62,820 nt of DNA, filler included, from Globobulimina sp. (GCA_003354225.1; 27 parts of 27 records of this genome joined end to end with filler, not necessarily neighbours in it), one strand, 5' to 3'. Shown: positions 12,494-25,648, counted from the first letter of the whole stretch. Notes: generated by a model from the sequence alone, not told the origin. Translations and numbers: made by a program.

Positions 12494-13892
12494 ATGTATG
12501 CCAACAAATGATTCACTTATTTGGTGCATGTTGTTCAAGTCATCCATTAAAATAAATTAAAAATACAGGTCAAACAACAAAAGTGGTATCCAAGAACAGT
12601 TGGTTTCAATGGGATTTCAACTAAATTATATTACGCGAGCTTTCAAAGTCTATGAAGTTATAAATCTATTCATTCCACATAAATCTATTGCTTTTTTTTT
12701 TTGACAGAAAAATTACGGCTACAGTTATAATGTTGAAGTCATCACCGAAATCATTGTTCGATTACAAAACAAAGACAAACTAAAACAAAGCAAAAAAGCT
12801 GCAGAAAAAGACAAATCGCCACAGCCTCGACAATCCTCTTCAAAACCATCCAAACCGAAACTAAAAATAAAACCAAAAGATATATCCGGTAATAATAGTA
12901 ACAAAAAACATGGCAAACCACCTCCTCCTAAACAGTCACACTTAAAATCATCACAATCCAAACCGAATCCGCACAAATCGAAGCATGTACAATCGCCACA
13001 TACGCACAAATCCTCACAATCACAAAATAATCCATCCAAACCATCCAAAAACGTAATAAAAACAGAACCGCCTCCAAAACTATATTCGGGTTCAGGTTAT
13101 GGCCAAGCACATAATAATAATAACAATCTATCAAATATCAGTATGTGCTCTGAAATCTCACACTCGCAAAATCGCATTATCGCATACATAAATATCAAAT
13201 AGGTCCAATGAATAGGTCACGAAGCGGTGGAGATAAGAAAAGAAAACCAAATAAGCCACCGGTACCTCCACCGGCACCCTCAAACTCATTACCACAGCAA
13301 TCCAAACACCAACATCCCCCACAAGCCTATAATGGCAATAATAGTATGCACCGCCGACCCTCTCCTTCGCCGCCAAATAGATTTAAACCGCATGAAGTCG
13401 TTATATATAATGGCCAGGAAGCTGAAATTCAAAAAATATACCCAACTTATATTGAAATTAGCTATCCAATTTCAAAATTTATTATGCAAAGACAAAAAGC
13501 TAAAGTCTCGCCCTCACAAATCATGGTATGTTGCTTGCGAATTTGCGAACTGCACCGACATCACACACCTTACATTGACAGAAAAAGAAAGGATATAATC
13601 CATCACAATCACCACAAAGATCGCAACAATCGCACCAATACAGCCAATCTCACCAATATCCATCCAACCCCTCGCCACAAAGACACAGTCCGCCAAGACT
13701 CCAATATTCGACATCGCAAACCGTGCCACAATCGCAATCGCAGCCCAATGGTCCACAGCAACCCACGGCGCCACCTCCAAAACAAAAACCTAAACCAAAA
13801 CCAAAACCAAAAACGCCTCCAAGCCACACCAAGCCCGACGCAATGCCCGCCTTTGTCTGCCATATGAACCTCGAAGAAGCAAAGAAATTAAA
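12494..13892 (+). CDS. UBA-like N-terminal, Pro/Ser/Lys-rich protein; introns 12496-12568, 12657-12707, 13141-13202, 13526-13581; 3' partial
   Basis: Four GT-AG introns restore one open frame: MSNNKSGIQEQLVSMGFQLNYITRAFKVYE/KNYGYSYNVEVITEII... Confidence 0.7.
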
Positions 13893-13992
13893 NNNNNNNN
13901 NNNNNNNNNNNNNNNNNNNNNNNNNNNNNNNNNNNNTTAATTAATTAANNNNNNNNNNNNNNNNNNNNNNNNNNNNNNNNNNNNNNNNNNNN

Positions 13993-15620
13993 GTCATTGC
14001 AGCCTTCCATTGCTGTTTGATGTCTTCCGTGGGAACAATATTATATTGTGAATGTTGCTCAATGATGTATCGAATAAATTGGTGGAATTCTTTTTTACAT
14101 TTGCTGTTTGTATAATGATTGGCACCCACAACAAAATGACAATGCAAAATTGCCATATTTGGTTCTAATTTGTCCACATTTATCAGTTGATCATAATATT
14201 TATTTGCTCTCTCAATATTATCACCGCAAACCTCCAATAATCGACAATAAAAATATGGCGCTCTATCAAGTTGCAACAAATCCATTATCTCACATATTTT
14301 ATCCACTTTACCCCATTTTTCATTATTATTTTCATGTCCAAGCAAGGATTTTAACATTTGATCAAATGTACTGAGTGTTGCTGAGGGGAATAATTTGTGT
14401 TTTTTTGCAGGATTTGTCAAATATTGCAATAACAAAGAACATGAATCATAGTCATTATTCCGAGCATAAACATGTATCATCGCATTGAATATAGCAACGG
14501 GAACATTAATATCGTTTTTTATAGCGGCCGATAAACTTTTTTTAAAAACGTTTTCAGCTTTTTCTATATACGAATCAGAGCCAAATCCGCCCCACGCCAC
14601 TTTTTTAGACAATGCAAATAAAATTTCACCCACTCGATAAGTGTCAAAATCAGCCCATACTGCTTCATCATTTATGGCCTTTTCCTCAATGAAACTATAT
14701 ATAATCCACATGAAATAGAGCAAAACATTGCATTTTGAAAAGGGTTTTTTATATTTATGTATATACCTAATTAATTCATCAATATTCTGTGTTAAACATA
14801 GCAATCTCAAATGCGCAGCTTTCATTCTTGAATGGTTTAACAACTCCGGATAATTTACTTTGACCTTATCGATGACCTGCAGCGCTTTACTGAAATGTCC
14901 AACTTTTATGCAACTATTAATTAACGTTGAATATGTTCGAGGATGTACGGCTAACTTATTCTCAATGATCACTTGTTGCAATTCGTCATACAAATTAAAT
15001 ACTTGCTGCAATGCCTTTTGATTTCTGGCTTTATACATTGTACACCACATTGTCGTATTATATAATTCATTGGAAATAAGATTCATTGTTTTGCATTTTG
15101 AAAATATTTTATATCCAATATCAAACTCTCCCAAATCTGCACAACAACGAATTGCTTTGCAATAAATGCGATGAATGGTTGGTTTTATATTTCTGTCACT
15201 GACAATATCTTCGTCATCGACATCTTCATACACTTCATGTTGAGGGTAGTCCTCATTGTTTATAGTGTTTAATATGTCCAGTATTTCAGCTCCACTTTTT
15301 GCCGAAAGTAGACTGAATATAACAGGATGATATTGATTTGCGTCCAGTAACATTTCCTCTAACTTTGCTTTTCGAACTTGCATAAACTTTTGCTGATGAT
15401 ATAATTTTTGGTTGACTCGTTTGTCGTAATGTTTTGTGTCATGTTGATCTATAAATTGCAATAAATTCGCATGATCATCATCGGAAATTTTTGGATTTTT
15501 CTGTTCCGATAGTGTCGACTCATTGGCACAACACCTCAATGAAATGGAGATATGCGACGGAGATATGTTAACGTTGATGTTTCTGAAATTGCGAACAAAG
15601 AAAGCTTTGAATACACTCAT
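13993..15620 (-). CDS. Pentatricopeptide-repeat (PPR) protein, probably mitochondrial; 3' partial
   Basis: PPR-like units RTYSTLINSCIKVGHFSKALQVIDKV and AIFNAMIHVYARNNDYDSC; Arg/Ser-rich N-terminus resembling a targeting peptide. Confidence 0.8.
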
Positions 15621-15740
15621 TTTGCTTTAATGTTAGAGGTTTTAATGTTGAAGTGATGGAGGTTTTAATGTTAGGAATCTACAGCAAACGCAATCATTAT
15701 ACAAACAGCAGAAAGTAAACTCCGCAAATGACCAAAACTC

Positions 15741-16224
15741 TTAAAAACAAAAGGTCAAATGGAATACGTATATTACAGCAATCATTTGCATTAAACCAGC
15801 AGTTGGTGCACTACACGCATAATCAGTACAATTAAACCAACAGTTCTCACCATATCCAATGCCACCTTCCATTAATCGTGGTCCTGGATTGCTGAGATTC
15901 CACACCATTTCTGTATTCATAGTTTTATGCACAGTAACTTTACCTTCAGAGAGTGCCTCCCCTCTCCCTTCAATATAACATAAACCATTCGCAGGACATT
16001 CAACATTCATATCACTGCAACAATCCACATCATTATCATCCGTATTATAACAAAAACAATTTTCAATCCTCAAAGAAGCCGACTTCTGTGCCTCAACATT
16101 TAAACCAGCACAACTCGCTGCATTCTCACCACAAATCACAACACATTCTGCATCCAACGGACAGACAAGCTCCAAAAAACTACATTGTCCATTATCCGTT
16201 CATAAGAAGATGTGCAGTCAGCTA
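15741..16224 (-). CDS. Cys-rich extracellular repeat protein fragment, 5' partial
   Basis: Repeated CP..C.V.C.....SC spacing, similar to the gene at 41140. Confidence 0.5.
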
Positions 16225-16447
16225 NNNNNNNNNNNNNNNNNNNNNNNNNNNNNNNNNNNNNNNNNNNNTTAATTAATTAANNNNNNNNNNNNNNNNNNNN
16301 NNNNNNNNNNNNNNNNNNNNNNNNTACATCATTACAACACACAAAAAAAATTAAAAAACAATTTGAAAATCTAATTCTAATCGACACAAAATCATCTACA
16401 ATATCCTCACCCCATCATCTATTAACAGAAACACAAAATCAATGACA

Positions 16448-17250
16448 TCAGCTTTTTCCACTAAACACACCAAATCCTCCCAATAAGGCAAAAATGAGAA
16501 TAATTAGTACCACGCAACAAGCCAACAAAATGCACTGTTTTTTCCTATAACTTTTTTGATTCTTTTCAGCGCTCTGTAACTGAATCGTGCCCGCTGCGAC
16601 CTGATCCTTTGCTTTTTCTGTGTTTTCTTCAATATGTCTTATCATCTCACCTTGTTCTGCCACTAAAACATTCAAATCTGTAAACGCCTCTTTTAGCTCA
16701 GTAACATCCTCAGCTATCTATCACATCAGTTTTATAATAAAAATCCGTATATATAATTAAATTAAACAAAACACTAAAAACATACTTGTTTAACAGCACG
16801 ATTTTGTTCTTCAAGATGGTCCAAATCAGCACTCAGACCAATTAATCCAATCTGTTCTATTTGTGCCTGTTGCTGCATTTGTTGTGGTGGCTCATAATTA
16901 TTCTCATTGCCATCATCATTACCAAATGGATTGTCGTTTATAGGTTCGTTTTGCAATAATTTGTCATCAATTCTTTGCTTTAATAGATTGAATTTTTGCA
17001 TGTGTGGTATGGATTGCTGCAACAGTTTGTCGTCCTGATTGTTGATTGACTGTGTTCTGATTTGTGAGGTGGATGACTGTAATGAGTGTACTAAATCGAC
17101 ACCGGTTTGAACATCATTGTTGAATGTTTTTCTCCATGAAACGGTATCATTATCTTTGCCAATGCGCGATGAATATTTTTCTAAGTTTCGCGTTAATTTT
17201 TGTAATTTTTTCACATCTGATACTAATTGGTCACGTTGTTTATTTTCCAT
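16448..17250 (-). CDS. Syntaxin (Qa-SNARE, Stx7/Pep12-like); intron 16718-16785
   Basis: Habc region; SNARE motif IAEDVTELKEAFTDLNVLVAEQGEMIRHIEEN; C-terminal TM anchor. Confidence 0.9.
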
Positions 17251-17415
17251 TAGTTCGTCGTTTGGCAAAAGTGGTTGTTTTAAAATCTTGATCTATTGGG
17301 TGTTTATGACTAGTATGTGTTGATTATCCTGCATTTATTTTCAATTTTGAAGGGTGGCAATGGTCGGTCAGCACGGGAGTTAGTATGTGTTTTTTCTACT
17401 ATAAAAGACTATTGA

Positions 17416-18302
17416 ATGGCAACAGTTCGTCAGCTAACAATATTTTGGAGTGTATTGTTTCATGGAGGTGTAATTGATGTACTTAGTTTACCAGCAAGTG
17501 TGGATTTATTATGCGATTCATCGGCCTGGACAGATGTAAATGGAATATGGGAATTTATTAAACAATGTGAATATGAAAACATGAATGGTATTTTAGGTGC
17601 AATGTCGTGGATTGGCCAATCCAATCCAGATTCTTTGGACTGGGCTGACTACACTGTCGAAGCCACAGTAACCCCAACCACTGGCGGCAATGGTGATGCT
17701 CAGATGCTGGATTAGCTTTTCATATTCAACAAGTTGGAGCATGTTCTGATTGTGGTCACTATTATCCAGTGTCAATAAGGCCAAATCAAGGATTGTTAAG
17801 TGTACTGCACACCATTGACATTAATTAATTGTTACTCACAGTGTTTCTTGGTAAATGGGACGAATAATGAGGACACTCTGCAAACATGGAATACAAAGTA
17901 TGAAAGCAATCAAATTTCATTCCATATAAAAGTAAGCATCCAGCATGGCGCAGCTATGAAGGTGTGGATTGACGGTAAGTATTTGGGTGGCTATCTGGAC
18001 TCAGCTGCGCCAATATGGTCAACCGGATCTGTTGGAGTAAGAAATTCAATGTTACCGTCAATTTATGAAAAACTATGTGTAAATGGATGTGGTGCAAGTT
18101 CAGAGTCAAGCACTGTCAGTGGATGATGGATATTTATTATTGTTGTGTTGTGTTCATATGTTTGTATTGTGGTATTGGCTGTGTTATGAATGGATTTTAC
18201 TCAAAACAATATGCTAACTGGCAAGACAATATGCAACATTCTCAGTTTTGGAAACAATTTGCGCAATTTACATCGATGGGTTGTATAGTATCATTGGAAT
18301 AG
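17416..18302 (+). pseudogene. Disrupted type-I membrane protein (lectin-like ectodomain, M6PR/ATG27-like tail)
   Basis: Signal peptide; frameshift near 17710-17720; TGA at 18124 within SG*WIFII; further frameshift before LYCGIGCVMNG...QHSQFWKQF. Confidence 0.55.
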
Positions 18303-18549
18303 AATTAGTGCATTTAACTGAATTGAAAGCAAAGTCGATAATTCAGTTTATTTTATCCGTCTACACTCTATATTTATTAGACTAATCGAATAAATGTTTA
18401 ATTATATCAATCATATTTATGTTGAAAAGGATATAATAGAGTTAGTGCATTTAAGTGAAAAGAAAGTAAAATCGATAATTCAGTTGATTTTATCCGTCTA
18501 CAATCAATATTTAACAGACTAAACGAATAAATACTGAATTATATCAACG
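18301..18549 (+). repeat. Diverged direct repeat, two ~110-bp copies about 137 bp apart
   Basis: TTAGTGCATTTAA...TCGATAATTCAGTT.ATTTTATCCGTCTACA...AATTATATCAA at 18301 and 18438. Confidence 0.8.
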
Positions 18550-18834
18550 TATTTANNNNNNNNNNNNNNNNNNNNNNNNNNNNNNNNNNNNNNNNNNNNT
18601 TAATTAATTAANNNNNNNNNNNNNNNNNNNNNNNNNNNNNNNNNNNNNNNNNNNNTGCATAAGGGTGGATTTTATTTGAGACGGTTACTGTTGACTAGTG
18701 TTGAGAGTACTTTTAAAAATCTCAAAATCTCAAAACTGAACCCTCTGAACCAATCTACAGGGAAAGTACACTCTGTTTTTTAATCACATCGTCAAATGTT
18801 TTGTCAAATAATTTTTATATATACAATAATTAAA

Positions 18835-20505
18835 CTAGTTTTGATTTCTAACAAATTCTTTAAACCTATACGAATAGACATTTAGTAACAATTGATACAC
18901 TTCAACCAATGCGTTATCCCATATTACCTTAAAATCATCCCATGTCTGAAACAATTTGCATCCATTTTTCCGAGAGAATATATCTATTAAAGATTCTTGT
19001 GTCTGCGATGACAAATTTACCTGATGAACAGCATTAGTTTTAATAAATTCATCATATATTTCTTTATAAACGCGATAAAAACCCTTTCTATAATACTCAA
19101 TATCTTTATTTCCTGATCCAAATTGCAATTGTTTCACACCAGAGACATCATAGCTTTCTGCTGTACAACAAAATAAATTGATTTTATCTTCATATTCTTT
19201 ATATTTTGTATACGAATATTCAAATTTCAATCGCTGTATTTTACTTTGTGTATCGTCATAATCCTCCACTAAGTCCACTTGATATTTATTGATAATCCAA
19301 TAAATGACAGAAACTCTTTCTACAAAGAATAAATTTTCAACAGCAAAACAATGATTTAAGTATTTTGCAAAGATTTGATAGTTTTCATACTCATTTAAAA
19401 ATACTAAACATTCTACATTTAAATCTATATCTTCCTTAATCTCATTATCCTCATTACAAACAAAGTCAGCACTGACACTGCTTACATTGCATGCAATCTC
19501 TTTTTCTTTTTTATATAATTCCGATTTAAATTTATCTCTCCACTGTTTATAATGTAAACTCGTTTCACATTTTCTGATGAAATATAAAGAGATATAAATT
19601 GGCAATAAACCCTGAATGGGCGACAATGCGATCCGAATATACGCAGAAACATAATGATGCCCACGGTCATCGGTGAGGGAAGCTACTATCGTAAAAATTG
19701 TAGCACATAAAGTATAAAGCAAAGACACGTAGGACTCGAACAGTAAACCTATCCCTTTATTGTATACATTATTAATTAATAACATATTCTATGTGCAGTG
19801 CAATTAAAATATCCAGATGCAAATTAAAGAAATTATACCTTCGTTTACTTTATGATAAAGTACCAAGACACAGCAACATATTCCGAATATAATCATGAAA
19901 GCCCATAACATTCCCAGTAACATATAATTTGGAAAGAGAGGCATAGAGAATGCAATGTATAATGAGGCTGTAATTACAAAGCTAAATACTATAAAAGTTA
20001 CTTTATGTTTATAGATACTTTTGGCTGTATCTGGTTGCTGTATATGTGTCGTTAATGAAGCGGTCGATTTGCTGTTTCCGCTGTCGATACTCGCACTTCT
20101 CGAGATCCTCGTTCTTAGCTCAACGTGTAACATCTTTGAAATTGTGATTTGAGATTTAGATTTTTTCCATCTGATATACACCAATATCAATCGATAAACA
20201 ATTAAGCCAGAGGTCATAAATGATAATGCTGCGTTAATACCGCCAGATAAACCGATTCTTGTATATAAGTTTTGGACTGCTTCATGATAATTTATCCATC
20301 GTTTAACAACACCAACCGACAGATTGAAAAAAGAAATCACAATAATTGTATTTGAGATCGCCGGGAAACGCTTTGTGATAAGGAAATGTCTCCGGAATTG
20401 AATCCATTTCACACCGCCATATATGTACAGAGGCAAAGATGCACAGAAAAGAGCAGTATTAAACGTAGCGAAGGCAAGCCACTCTGCCTCGGTCCACTGA
20501 ACCAT
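18835..20505 (-). CDS. 7TM-RGS protein (multi-pass membrane domain fused to an RGS domain); intron about 19755-19838
   Basis: About 7 hydrophobic helices, then RGS motifs FAKYL...AVENLFF, IYDEFI...QVNLSS and WDNALVEVYQLL. Confidence 0.8.
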
Positions 20506-20567
20506 TCAGACTGATGAAACAAAACTACACACTTTTACTTTTTTCAAAACATCTTTAGGTTGCAACC

Positions 20568-20886
20568 ATGTCAACGGAACAACCTACACCAGTGACCCCA
20601 CAAAAAAAACGTGGGATTTCACCAATAAAAGAAGAAGACACTCAACAAAGTGAGATATCCCGATCACTTTCACGTAAAAGCGCAGCCGTATCGGCGCCCA
20701 AATCGCAAACCTACTCGAAAGCAGATCGTGTTGATTTGACCGGAGCATCAATTCATTCATATTCAGAAATCTATGAGTCAGCAACACGAGAATCCATCGA
20801 TGAAACACCACACGAGATTCGACACAAACCTCGCTCAAAGAAAAAAAATAAAACTAAAAATAAAAACAAAAATAGCAAACAAAACA
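20568..20886 (+). CDS. Hypothetical low-complexity protein, 3' partial
   Basis: ATG in a CAACC-ATG context; open to the contig end. Confidence 0.45.
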
Positions 20887-21184
20887 NNNNNNNNNNNNNN
20901 NNNNNNNNNNNNNNNNNNNNNNNNNNNNNNTTAATTAATTAANNNNNNNNNNNNNNNNNNNNNNNNNNNNNNNNNNNNNNNNNNNNATACTCGGCGCAGA
21001 TCGCCGCGGGCCGCCGCGTGGGCCACGACGAGTCATGACGAAGAAGCCTTCTTCTCGCTCTTCTTCTGGTTGTCAAACGTTTTTTGGCGCGAAAATGCGT
21101 GCACAGACACCGTATAGTGTCGATGCAGGTGATATTTAATAGACACACACCTCGCAGTGCGTACTATATGTGGTTTATAACGAA

Positions 21185-21343
21185 TTCTGCAATATGTTCT
21201 TATATGGATTGCATGTTGCTTCCTCGATCCCAACAGAGAAATGTGACACGAAATCTGTAATATGTTCTTATATGAGGTGCATGTTGCTTCCTCTATCCCA
21301 ACAAGTAGATTTGACACGGATTCTGCAATATTTTCTTATATGG
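21185..21343. repeat. Tandem repeat, ~69-bp unit, about 2.3 copies
   Basis: TCTG(C/T)AATAT(G/T)TTCTTATATG...TGCATGTTGCTTCCTC.ATCCCAACA repeated. Confidence 0.75.
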
Positions 21344-22335
21344 CTTTATTCCAATCACACTCTTCGTATCGTTGCTATTATCCACATCACTCTGTGTTAC
21401 TGCTGTGTTTTTAGGCGCATTGCATAAAGTCACTGAACAAACATCAATGGGACATTTTGCTTCATATATAAAGCCTGCAGTACCTCCTCGACCCGGCCAT
21501 AACCATACACAGTCCGCATCAGTTGAATATATCGCTGCATCAAATCGTAAACTTTGGTTATCCGGTTCTCCAGGCTCCCAAAATTGGCTACATTCACCAT
21601 CCTCAACTGTACAACATGTGCCATCTGCCCATACAAATGTTCCTTCCACACCACGATCATTCAAACCTATGAGGGCACCAATTGCATTATTCTCCAAAAT
21701 CGCGTTTTCTGCAGCACCCATATCTTCCTGTGTTGGTTGTGCAGTAATACCATATTTATTATTAAATTGTGCAGAAATACCTGTGTTAAAATGGTGGCGA
21801 GATCAGTCCCAAAATCAGCTATACATTTTTGTCGCGCTTCATCATACCCTCCGCATGAAGTTATTCTAATATATTGCGCTGCATTATATGTGCCAAGAGC
21901 TTCACAGCCAACAGTTGTAACAGGACTGACTGCAATACCACTGCATAAGAATGGTCTTAAAGTGTCACATGATATGTCATCAACAGTAGCAACATCATCG
22001 CCGTCATGATATAATGCACAATAATTATTGTATGCAAAACATTTTGGTTGATGGACTCCAAACTTCTCATAGCTCCAAAAGTCAATACAATCTCCAGTTG
22101 AGGTCCACCATCCTACTGCAAGGGTGCTATATAAATCAACATATGGAGCTTCATTTGAACCAATTGCTGTTTTGGCATTTGCGCGGTCTTCTGCAGTAAT
22201 AATTGTAGCAAGATTTAGTCCTTGCGATTCACAAAATGATCGCGCATCTTCATAAGCTTTAAATTCTGAATGGTATTCCCAAACGATTTTACTTTGTACT
22301 GCTAAAATTAATGACAGATAAACTAAGCAACGCAT
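21293..22335 (-). CDS. Secreted tandem C-type lectin domain protein; intron 21728-21780
   Basis: Signal peptide; YEDARSFC...LATI; IGLNDRGVEGTFVWADG; FWEPGEPDN...DCV. Confidence 0.8.
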
Positions 22336-22437
22336 TGGAAACGTTTGCAGTGTTGACTGCTGAAACGATGATTTGAAGTTGATATAATGAGAAAAAAACC
22401 TTGAACCTACGAATAAATATGGAGGGGGTTAAACGTA

Positions 22438-23100
22438 CTATACAATTCTTATGCAAATGCATTGGCTACAAATAATCCAAATAAAATAAATATTAAAACA
22501 GATATAATAATTAAACAAAGGCAGTACTGTATTTCGGTGAAATGGATCAATATTTCTCATGTTGCCCCACGATCTGAGAAGCGAAATATAACCAACATCC
22601 AAAGTGTCATTATCGCCGTGGCACCAACGGTGCATTTGAATTCAAGCGAAATATTGTCCCATTCTATTTGACGCAATAACCATTCCAGTAAACTTTCCGT
22701 TTCCGGATCCGGATCCGGATTTATTCCAAATGAATCCGGATCCAGATCACTCTGTGTTACTGCTGTGTTTTTAGGCGCATTGCATAAAGTTACTACACAA
22801 ACACCAATATGACATTTTGTGGCATACATATATGTACCGCCTACAGTTCCTCCTCGACCCGGCCATAACCATACACAATCAGTATCATTTGAAGATAACT
22901 CGACAGCAAATCGTACATGTTCGTTATCCGGCTCTCCAGGCTCCCAAAATTGACTACATTCACCATCCTCAACTGTACAATAGGTGCCATCTGCCCATAC
23001 AAATGTTCCTTCGACAATCGACATCACGATCGTTCAAACCAATGATGGCGCCAAATGCATTATTCTCCAAAATCGTTTTTTCTGCAGCATCCATATCTTC
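22438..23100 (-). pseudogene. Tandem paralog of the C-type lectin gene, frameshifted, with a C-terminal TM segment
   Basis: Near-identical to 21380-21735 but with a 7-nt insertion (TGTCGA-T-TGTCGA on the minus strand) at about 23011-23023. Confidence 0.6.
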
Positions 23101-23317
23101 CTGTGTTGGTTTCATATATATATACTATATATTATATGGAAAGTTTTTTTATTCAGTTCAATTTAGCTTCTGTCCAGTTGATTTTCTAAACTTTCTTTTT
23201 ACAAATAAACATCCGCCNNNNNNNNNNNNNNNNNNNNNNNNNNNNNNNNNNNNNNNNNNNNTTAATTAATTAANNNNNNNNNNNNNNNNNNNNNNNNNNN
23301 NNNNNNNNNNNNNNNNN

Positions 23318-24776
23318 TAAATGGTGCACATCAATTAAAAGATTGGTATATTCCGCCCAAATATGTTTGTTTTAAACAGGAACTATTAAACAACCAAATT
23401 TATGTGATTTCATTGTCGAAATGGCAAATATTAATGAACAAAGCTGGTGATTACTGTGCTAGTGACGTATTTCGACAGTTTAAATGTCCGCGGACAACCT
23501 CTGCAGTATGCTATGAAATGCAATATGGACAATTAATGAATAGCGACCACGTAATCGCTTTGTGTGTTTATTGCAATTTTGATGTGTTACAGAGCAAATT
23601 TACAGAAACGTTTCGTCATAAAAATAAAAATGAAACGAACCAAGAATTAAAAGATAGACATAGCAATTTTTATTATTTAGGTAGATTATTACGAGAATGT
23701 GTGGAATGTTTCGGAATGAAAAATATTTGGAGAAACTCTGATTATGAAAGGAGTCATAACTTGAAAGTCTATCATGGTGTGAATAAACATTTTACTTTTG
23801 GCTCATTAAATGCATTCATTAAAGGCCCGACCAGCACCACTACGGATTATGCAGTTGCTGCCTGTTTTTGTGGTGATTCAGGAATGATATTGAAACTTAA
23901 TTTGATTGTCGAAGATTGGGTGCTTAAAATCAACGAAGGAGAAGAGGCACAGACTAGATTATGCTGCTTTGATTGTCAATGGATATCGGATTATCCACAC
24001 GAAAGGGAAATATTTTTTATTGGCGGATTGAATAAGTTCTCATTTGACACAATTATCGCTGCTTCTTTAGGTAGACATTATATTTATTACTTTCAATTTT
24101 CTATTTTATCCTATTTGTATATTATATTTATTTAAGGTAAAAATTATGCAAAATATATCATGGATTACGGCAAATGACATATAATATGGCAAGTGGTGAT
24201 GATATAGATTGCGGTCTTACAGTCACAGCACCAGCAACCTATGAAGAACAACAAATTGTTTTCAGATTATTAGCCAATGAATTATTTAAATATTTTCCTG
24301 ATATGCAGAATGCGCATGATTTTAAAACTTGTCCTGATTATTTCAAACAAATTGTGACCAAACATTGCCAAAGCATTAAAAGCATGCAATTTGTTGGCAA
24401 ACATCAACTTGAAGCAGAACAAAGCAAATTGCACGATTTACTGTTTAAATATGATAATCAATGGATTAAATTGGATGTTTTGATGAAGGTATTTCCCAAT
24501 ACACAGCAAATTGGTTATTCATGTTCAAAGGATGAAGATATTGCATTTTTGAAACAAGCGTCGATTTGGAATTCAGTGTTAGAATTTATTAAAAAGAATA
24601 AAAACACAAAATTATTATCTATTTCTATTGACATTAATCCAATATTCAGGCAAGAGATGATGCTTTATATTGAACCGTATAGATTGACATTTTGCAGATA
24701 TTTGTGGCAAATGGAAGTCTGTTTGTTTGCAGATAACATTGTTATGGTAAATATTGTTAACTTAAATATTCAATAA
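23318..24776 (+). CDS. ADP-ribosyltransferase-like domain protein, 5' partial; intron about 24071-24136; apparent 1-nt frameshift near 24160
   Basis: KVYHGV, GPTSTTTDYAVA and ISDYPHEREIFF correspond to the ART R/H, S-T-S/T and E-x-E motifs. Confidence 0.6.
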
Positions 24777-25216
24777 GTTTTTGGATGGCTTTGCAGTATA
24801 TTCTGCAACAACAGATTTCTAATTCAAATCTTTTTGTTTAAAAAACGTTGTATTTTTGGAAATGTATCCTCGCTCTGCTACATTGACACATTCCCATCAC
24901 TGTAACACTGCAAACACCACTACTGAGCTAATTTATTGTGGTGAGCGATCAATATACATGCGATTATTATGCATGGATTTTCCATTGGACATTTATTTCT
25001 GACTGCATCATAATTATATCTTTGTTCAGTTTGAGTTGTGATTTCCAACAAAGACTCCAGCCAACTACGTCGAAATCCGAGCACCAAAAAACTATGACTT
25101 GAGGTGGCTTATCTATCGGAACTCTATATGTACCACGATACATAGCAATATATCAGATTGTCGAAAATCAGCAACGTTTCTGTAATATTTATTTGTTGCC
25201 AGAGCAGGTTTTAATC

Positions 25217-25548
25217 TTCGAGATAATGGCAAGTCTCCAAGAAACAATCCATGACCAGATTCAAGGTGAAGGTGAGGATTTTGATTTTGATAAATGGATC
25301 GAAGCAAACCATCTCGAACAGGCCAAACCATTCCTGATAAAGCATGGCATGACCGATAGAGATTCAATGTCAATGGGTTCTCCTTCATTTATTAAATTAA
25401 TATCAGATTTATTCGCATCTCAGCCTTTATCCATTCCATTGGTAATTTCTGCCATTCCCTCACCAAAACATATAATCGTAGCAGAGGAAGAACACAATGT
25501 CATCGATGAAATAACAGCAAACTTAAAAGAAATGGATGCCTTTGCAAT
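25217..25548 (+). CDS. SAM-like domain protein, 3' partial
   Basis: FDFDKWIEANHLEQAKPFLIKHGMT followed by a helical region. Confidence 0.45.
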
Positions 25549-25648
25549 NNNNNNNNNNNNNNNNNNNNNNNNNNNNNNNNNNNNNNNNNNNNTTAATTAA
25601 TTAANNNNNNNNNNNNNNNNNNNNNNNNNNNNNNNNNNNNNNNNNNNN

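Noticed and set aside
18124-18126. In-frame TGA as a second Sec codon, or evidence of a variant genetic code
   Set aside because: There is no redox motif and frameshifts accompany it. TGA serves as a normal stop in other genes here (e.g. 6177, 29353, 47763).
20987-21036. GC-rich patch at a contig edge (possible MTRRGPRGG start on the minus strand)
   Set aside because: Too short to interpret.
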